This document shows positions 59,798 to 64,000 of a DNA stretch of 64,000 bases, piece by piece; position 1 is the first letter of the stretch, and every line of letters starts with the position of its first letter. The position numbers and the translations under genes were made by a program. The notes under the pieces were generated by a model. That model saw only the letters and a program-made list of their open reading frames with translations, did no database searches and had not been told where the DNA came from. Origin of the DNA: Ignavibacteriota bacterium (GTDB taxonomy: Bacteria > Bacteroidota > Ignavibacteria > UBA10030 > UBA6906); contig CAVPCZ010000023.1 of the NCBI GenBank assembly GCA_963702445.1, positions 35,004 to 99,003 on the forward strand. The letters run 5' to 3'.

Positions 59798-60461
59798 GGA
59801 CGTCAACCGCCTCATCGAGGAGGGTGAAGGGTTCGAGATAGAGTTCAAGAGGAAGGTCTCGACGCCCGAGAAGATCGCCAGGGCGCTCATTGCCTTTGCC
59901 AACACCAAAGGGGGCCATATCCTGTTCGGCGTCGATGATGACGGTTCCATCGTCGGCGTGGAAAGTGAAAAAAGCGAAGTGGATCTGATCTACGAAGCGG
60001 GGACGCAATTCTGCGTGCCGGAGATTCTCCCGTCAATCGAAATCGTCGCATTCAACGGCGAAGACGTTATTGTCGCCACGGTGGAAGAGAGCACCCAGAA
60101 GCCGCACTACTTCGCAGGAGTCAGTGGCAACGGTCACCCCGATGCCGCTGAAGCGACGCGGGTATATATCCGGGTGAACGACAAGACCGTGATGGCGAGC
60201 AAGGAGGTGGTCAGGATTCTGAGGGACGAACGTGCGGATGCCCCGCCGATGCGGATTATGATCGGCGAAAATGAAAAACGGCTCTTCCGGTATCTTGACG
60301 CCCATGAGCGGATCACCGCCAGGGAGTTCAGCCACCTCGTGAACATCTCGGAGAACCGGGCATGCCGGATTCTCGTGTCGCTTGTGCGTGCCGGCGTGGT
60401 TCGGATCCACACGCTGGAGCGGACGGATTTTTTCACTCTCGCCCATGACGTGGCGAAATAG
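59787..60461 (+). CDS. AlbA_2 ('divergent AAA', Schlafen-like DNA-binding) domain protein with C-terminal winged-HTH; putative transcriptional regulator
   Basis: N-terminal EGEGFEIEFKRKVSTPEKIARALIAFANTKGGHILFGVDDDGSIVGV matches the AlbA_2 fold core. C-terminal ITAREFSHLVNISENRACRILVSLVRAGVVR is a wHTH. 224 aa. Confidence 0.5.
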   Translation: MDYKDVNRLIEEGEGFEIEFKRKVSTPEKIARALIAFANTKGGHILFGVDDDGSIVGVESEKSEVDLIYEAGTQFCVPEILPSIEIVAFNGEDVIVATVEESTQKPHYFAGVSGNGHPDAAEATRVYIRVNDKTVMASKEVVRILRDERADAPPMRIMIGENEKRLFRYLDAHERITAREFSHLVNISENRACRILVSLVRAGVVRIHTLERTDFFTLAHDVAK

Positions 60462-61008
60462 GCCCGGTTTCCTGCCATATCCGGAGCAGCTCGAAGAGCG
60501 CTATCCCGTAGGCCACGGCGGCATTCAGCGACTGCTTCACGCCTATCATCGGGATTTCGATGGCCATGTCGGCCTGGCTCACCAGCGCGCCTGAAACCCC
60601 GGTCAACTCGTTTCCCACCACAAGGCAAATCGGGAAATCCTCCTTACGAACGGCAAAATAGGGCATGCTGCCTGTGGTATGTTCGAGTATGCATATGCGT
60701 GCTCCGCGCCGCCTTGCTTCCAGCGCCCCTTCCAGAGGGTCTGTAAAGTATTGCCAGGGAACGGTTTGCGTGGCTCCCAGGGCGGTCTTATCGATCTCTT
60801 TCCGCGGCGGTCTGGGGGTGTAGCCGGCAAGAAACAGGGCCTCTGCGCGTGCTCCGTCGGATGTCCGGAAGATCGACCCGACATTGTACAGGCTGCGGAT
60901 GTTGTCCAGAAGTCCGATAACGGGGGTTCGGGGCACCGTGCCGATATCCTCGCGCGGAACGCGCCGGGCGGTGATTTCGTGATGTGTCAGCTTACGAATG
61001 GCGGTCAT
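60433..61008 (-). CDS. SpoU/TrmH-family RNA 2'-O-methyltransferase (SPOUT)
   Basis: From ATG 61008 (MTAIRKLTHHEI...): SPOUT motifs IGLLDNIRSLYNVGSIFRTSDG, LVVGNELTGVS, IEIPMIGVKQSLNAAVAYGIALFEL. 191 aa. ORF-track 61188 start is an extension overlapping cmk. Confidence 0.75.
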   Translation of the reverse strand: MTAIRKLTHHEITARRVPREDIGTVPRTPVIGLLDNIRSLYNVGSIFRTSDGARAEALFLAGYTPRPPRKEIDKTALGATQTVPWQYFTDPLEGALEARRRGARICILEHTTGSMPYFAVRKEDFPICLVVGNELTGVSGALVSQADMAIEIPMIGVKQSLNAAVAYGIALFELLRIWQETGPISPRHGRE

Positions 61009-61109
61009 GGGGTCTCCATTGGAATATACGGAAGAGCGGGGAGTGTTCAAAAGGATTTGCCACTGGAGCCTTTTTTGGGTATATTTACTACTTACGTGAA
61101 CACACCGCC

Positions 61110-61802
61110 GTGAACAAACGCAGGCTTGTCGTCGCCATCGATGGCCCGGCGGCATCGGGAAAGAGTACCACCGCCCGGCTGGTCGCACAGAAGTTGGGAT
61201 ACCTGCACGTGGATACCGGTGCGATGTACAGGGCGGTCACCCTTAGGGTGCTCCGCGCCGGCGTCGCGCCCGATGACCGGAACGCCGTGGGTGCCCTGAT
61301 GGCGACAACGCATGTCGCCCTGGAAGAACGGGCGGGGCGTTTGCTGGTGACACTGAACGGCGAAGATGTGTCGGATGCGATACGGCATCCTGATGTGACG
61401 CGGGCGGTGAGTGCCGTGAGCGGACTGCGGGATGTCCGTTCGGCGATGGTGCGCGAACAGCGCGCGCTCGGAAAGAACGGCGGAATTGTGCTGGAGGGGC
61501 GGGACATCGGAACGGTGGTGTTTCCCGATGCCGATGTGAAATTCTTCATGGTGGCCGGGATAGCCTCGCGGGCCCGGCGGCGCCAGCAAGAGCTTGCGTC
61601 CACAGGGACCGAGCTCCCGCTGGAGACGCTGGTCCGGGAGATTCAGGAACGCGATGCGCGCGATTCCGGCCGCGAAGAATCCCCTCTGCGATGCGCCAAT
61701 GACGCCATCCGGATCGATACCTCGGATATGACCATCGAGGCCCAGGTGGAATGTGTTGTGCGGGCCGTGCGCAGCAAACTTGAGGAGATGAGCGAAGGAT
61801 GA
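61110..61802 (+). CDS. cmk: cytidylate kinase
   Basis: GTG 61110 (VNKRRLVVAIDGPAASGKSTTARLVAQKLGYLHVDTGAMYRAVT...). P-loop and CMP-binding motifs of Cmk. ATGA overlap with ispH. Confidence 0.9.
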   Translation: MNKRRLVVAIDGPAASGKSTTARLVAQKLGYLHVDTGAMYRAVTLRVLRAGVAPDDRNAVGALMATTHVALEERAGRLLVTLNGEDVSDAIRHPDVTRAVSAVSGLRDVRSAMVREQRALGKNGGIVLEGRDIGTVVFPDADVKFFMVAGIASRARRRQQELASTGTELPLETLVREIQERDARDSGREESPLRCANDAIRIDTSDMTIEAQVECVVRAVRSKLEEMSEG

Positions 61803-62690
61803 AGGTGACGGTGGACCAGCATTCGGGTTTCTGCTGGGGTGTTGTGCGGACAATCGACATTGCCGAAGAGGAGATGAAGAGCGGGGATCCGCTCTTCTCC
61901 CTCGGTCCGATCATCCACAACCCCGTGGAAATCGAACGGCTGCGGCAGCGGGGCCTTGAAACGGTCGGCCTCGAGGACTTTGAGCGGTTGCGGGGGCGGA
62001 CGGTGTTGATCCGTGCGCACGGCGAACCCCCTTCCACCTATGAACGCGCCCGCGCCGGCGGAATCACCCTGATCGACGCCACCTGCCCGGTGGTGACGAA
62101 AGTTCAGGAACGGATCAGGAAGTTCTCTGACAACGGCTATCAGATCGTCATCTTCGGAAAGAAGGACCACGCGGAGGTCATCGGCCTCGTCGGACACACC
62201 AACAACAAGGCGGTGGTGATCAAGTCCGCGGAGGAGGCGGCGAAGGTGGAAACGGACCGGAAGACGGTCCTGTTCTCACAGACGACGATGGACAAGGCGA
62301 CGTTCTACGAAATCGCCCGGAATCCTGCGCGAAAAGATCGCGGAGTTCGTCGTCGGCACGTTTGAAGAGTCCGCCATTGATTTTCATGCGAAGGACACCA
62401 TTTGCGGACAGGTGTCGGGGCGGGACAAGAAATTGCGCGAGTTTGCCGCCGCACACGACGTGATGGTCTTTGTCGCGGGCCGCAATTCGTCGAACGGCAA
62501 GGTTCTGTACGACATCTGCCGCGAGGCGAATCCGCGCACGCACTTCATCGAACAGGAAGAAGAATTGTCACCCGCATGGTTTGCGGGGGCGGAGAGCGTG
62601 GGCATCAGCGGTGCCACCTCAACGCCGCAGTGGCTCATGGAGCGCGTGAAGAGCGCCATCGAGCAGATGCATGTTGAACGTCATCACTAA
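61799..62690 (+). CDS. ispH: 4-hydroxy-3-methylbut-2-enyl diphosphate reductase IspH (LytB); one frameshift at about 62315-62325
   Basis: N-terminal 61799..62365 (GFCWGVVRTI...ATCPVVTKV...) and C-terminal 62412..62690 (…VMVFVAGRNSSNGKVLYDICRE…GATSTPQWLMERV…) are in different frames. The expected connecting sequence (…ILREKIAEFVVGTFEESAIDFHAKDTICGQVSGRDKKLREF) is readable in the third frame across 62320-62440. Confidence 0.85.
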
Positions 62691-62820
62691 ATCACATAAC
62701 CCAACACCACGCAGTTTCCCGCCGGCGCAGTACACCGGCCGTTTGATGACGGCGGTCCGGAAGAGCCCGGCGGGAATGTCCCGCACCTGCGGGATGGTAT
62801 GTCACACAAGAGGAGGATGA

Positions 62821-64000
62821 ATGGCTGGCGAATCCACCATGATGCAACCGTCACTGGATGACCGTGAGTACAGCGAAGCCCAGTACAACGAGATGATGAA
62901 GTTGTACGAGGGAACGCTCGGCAAGATCAACGAAGGAGAGATCGTTCGCGGACGGATTGTGGCCATCGGCGAAAGTGAAGTATCCGTCGATATCGGCTTC
63001 AAGTCGGAAGGTACCGTGTCCCTGGGCGAATTTGCCCACCCCGAAGATCTTCGGGTCGGCGCGGAAATCGAAGTGTTCCTTGAGAGTGTGGAAAACAAGG
63101 AAGGGCAGCTGGTGCTCTCGCGCAAGCGCGCGGACTTCATGCGCGTCTGGGAGCGCGTCACCAAAGCGTTCGAAACCGGCGAGGTCCTCCAGGGCCGCTG
63201 CGTGCGGCGCATCAAGGGCGGCATCGTGGTGGATCTGATGTCCATTGACGCCTTCCTTCCCGGCTCGCAAATCGATGTGCGGCCGGTGCGCGATTTCGAC
63301 ATCTACATCGGGAAGATCATGGACTTCCGCGTGGTGAAGATCAATCACCCCTCGGAAAACGTCGTCGTCAGTCACAAAGTCCTCGTCGAAGAAGAAATGG
63401 CCGGACAGCGCAAGGCCATCATCGAAAGCCTGGAAAAGGGACAGATCCTCGAAGGATCCGTCAAGGCCATCACCGACTTCGGCGTCTTCGTCGACCTCGG
63501 CGGGGTGGACGGCCTCGTGCATATCACCGACCTCTCCTGGGGCCGCATCAACCACCCGTCGGAGATTGTCAAGCTCGATCAGACCATCAACGTGGTCGTG
63601 CTGGATTTTGACCAGGACAAGAAGCGGATCTCGCTCGGCTACAAACAGCTCCAGCCGCATCCGTGGGAGAAGATCGAGACCAAGTATCCCGTGGGCACCA
63701 AGGTCACGGGCAAGGTCGTCTCCCTGGCCGACTACGGCGCGTTTGTGGAAATCGAAAAGGGGATCGAGGGCCTTATCCACATCTCCGAAATGAGCTGGAC
63801 GCAGCATATCAAGCATCCCTCGCAGGTGGTGTCCATGGGCCAGATGATCGATGCGGTGATCCTGAGCCTCGACAAGGACGCGAAGAAGCTCTCCCTCGGC
63901 ATCAAGCAGCTGGAACCGGATCCGTGGTTGACGCTGATGCAGAAATATCCGGTCGGGTCGCGCCACAAAGGCGTGGTCCGCAACCTGACCAACTTCGGCG
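62821..64000 (+). CDS. rpsA: 30S ribosomal protein S1 (N-terminal ~393 aa; continues beyond window)
   Basis: Hand translation from ATG 62821 (preceded by AAGAGGAGGATGA): [66 protein letters not shown]... with successive S1 domains (…[15 protein letters not shown]…, …[30 protein letters not shown]…, …[30 protein letters not shown]…, …[12 protein letters not shown]). Absent from the ORF track only because no stop codon occurs before the window end. The 371-aa minus-strand ORF 62851..63966 is its shadow. Confidence 0.9.
   Translation, partial: MAGESTMMQPSLDDREYSEAQYNEMMKLYEGTLGKINEGEIVRGRIVAIGESEVSVDIGFKSEGTVSLGEFAHPEDLRVGAEIEVFLESVENKEGQLVLSRKRADFMRVWERVTKAFETGEVLQGRCVRRIKGGIVVDLMSIDAFLPGSQIDVRPVRDFDIYIGKIMDFRVVKINHPSENVVVSHKVLVEEEMAGQRKAIIESLEKGQILEGSVKAITDFGVFVDLGGVDGLVHITDLSWGRINHPSEIVKLDQTINVVVLDFDQDKKRISLGYKQLQPHPWEKIETKYPVGTKVTGKVVSLADYGAFVEIEKGIEGLIHISEMSWTQHIKHPSQVVSMGQMIDAVILSLDKDAKKLSLGIKQLEPDPWLTLMQKYPVGSRHKGVVRNLTNFG

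Noticed and set aside
62851-63966. 371-aa minus-strand ORF at the window end
   Set aside because: Antisense shadow of rpsA, whose + strand translation (S1 repeats) is unambiguous.
1-64000. Search for CRISPR arrays, IS elements, integrases, prophage or toxin-antitoxin modules
   Set aside because: No short direct-repeat arrays, no transposase/integrase/recombinase-like ORF, no tRNA attachment sites found. The only tandem duplication is the pair of full-length TBDR genes.

Overview
High-GC (~60%+) bacterial chromosomal segment. It carries T9SS C-terminal sorting domains, SusC-like TonB receptors with CarboxypepD_reg N-termini and TAnnTTTG -7 promoter elements, so it is probably from a high-GC member of the Bacteroidota/Rhodothermota (FCB) lineage. 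No mobile elements, CRISPR arrays, rRNA or tRNA genes were found.

Gene content, 5' to 3':
(1) An ABC exporter pair plus a secreted partner (0.001-2.6 kb).
(2) A 14-kb glycan-utilisation-like block (2.8-17.1 kb) with two tandem paralogous SusC-like TonB-dependent receptors, a TolB-like beta-propeller protein, a T9SS-targeted beta-helix protein and a ~1340-aa GH38 alpha-mannosidase. Every gene in this block is broken by multiple frameshifts.
(3) Polyphosphate kinase 2 (17.7-18.5 kb).
(4) Three intact, consecutively encoded glycan-processing genes (18.9-24.8 kb), each preceded by the same 18-bp motif ending in a Bacteroidota-type -7 box. They are a Tat-secreted GH127-like protein, a 624-aa beta-propeller protein, and a GH105/GH88 domain fused to a sugar-phosphate-isomerase TIM barrel.
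(5) A phosphotriesterase-family gene, then an ArsR-controlled redox/permease operon (25-30.8 kb): thioredoxin-like, DUF318 'CSCS' permease, thioredoxin-like, TlpA-like, CcdA, ferredoxin, URO-D-like.
(6) A minus-strand sugar catabolic operon (30.8-37.1 kb): class II aldolase, FGGY kinase, FucI-like isomerase, DUF4432, amidohydrolase_2.
(7) A NikR-led operon (37.6-42.5 kb) of a 613-aa TonB-dependent receptor plus ECF-type transporter (S, T, A) with an embedded SAM methyltransferase, followed by a truncated peroxiredoxin remnant.
(8) A DUF134 protein and a 1002-aa YdiJ-like FAD/Fe-S oxidoreductase.
(9) A lipoprotein, a T9SS substrate, an alpha/beta hydrolase, an enolase-superfamily OSBS/NAAAR-like enzyme and an orphan CsgG-like lipoprotein.
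(10) A conserved housekeeping stretch: tsaC, der, CoA-disulfide reductase-like, upp, relA/spoT, ruvX, mtgA, trmH-like, cmk, ispH (frameshifted) and rpsA (partial at the window end).

The frameshift in essential ispH shows that at least some of the reading-frame breaks are assembly indel errors rather than biological pseudogenes.
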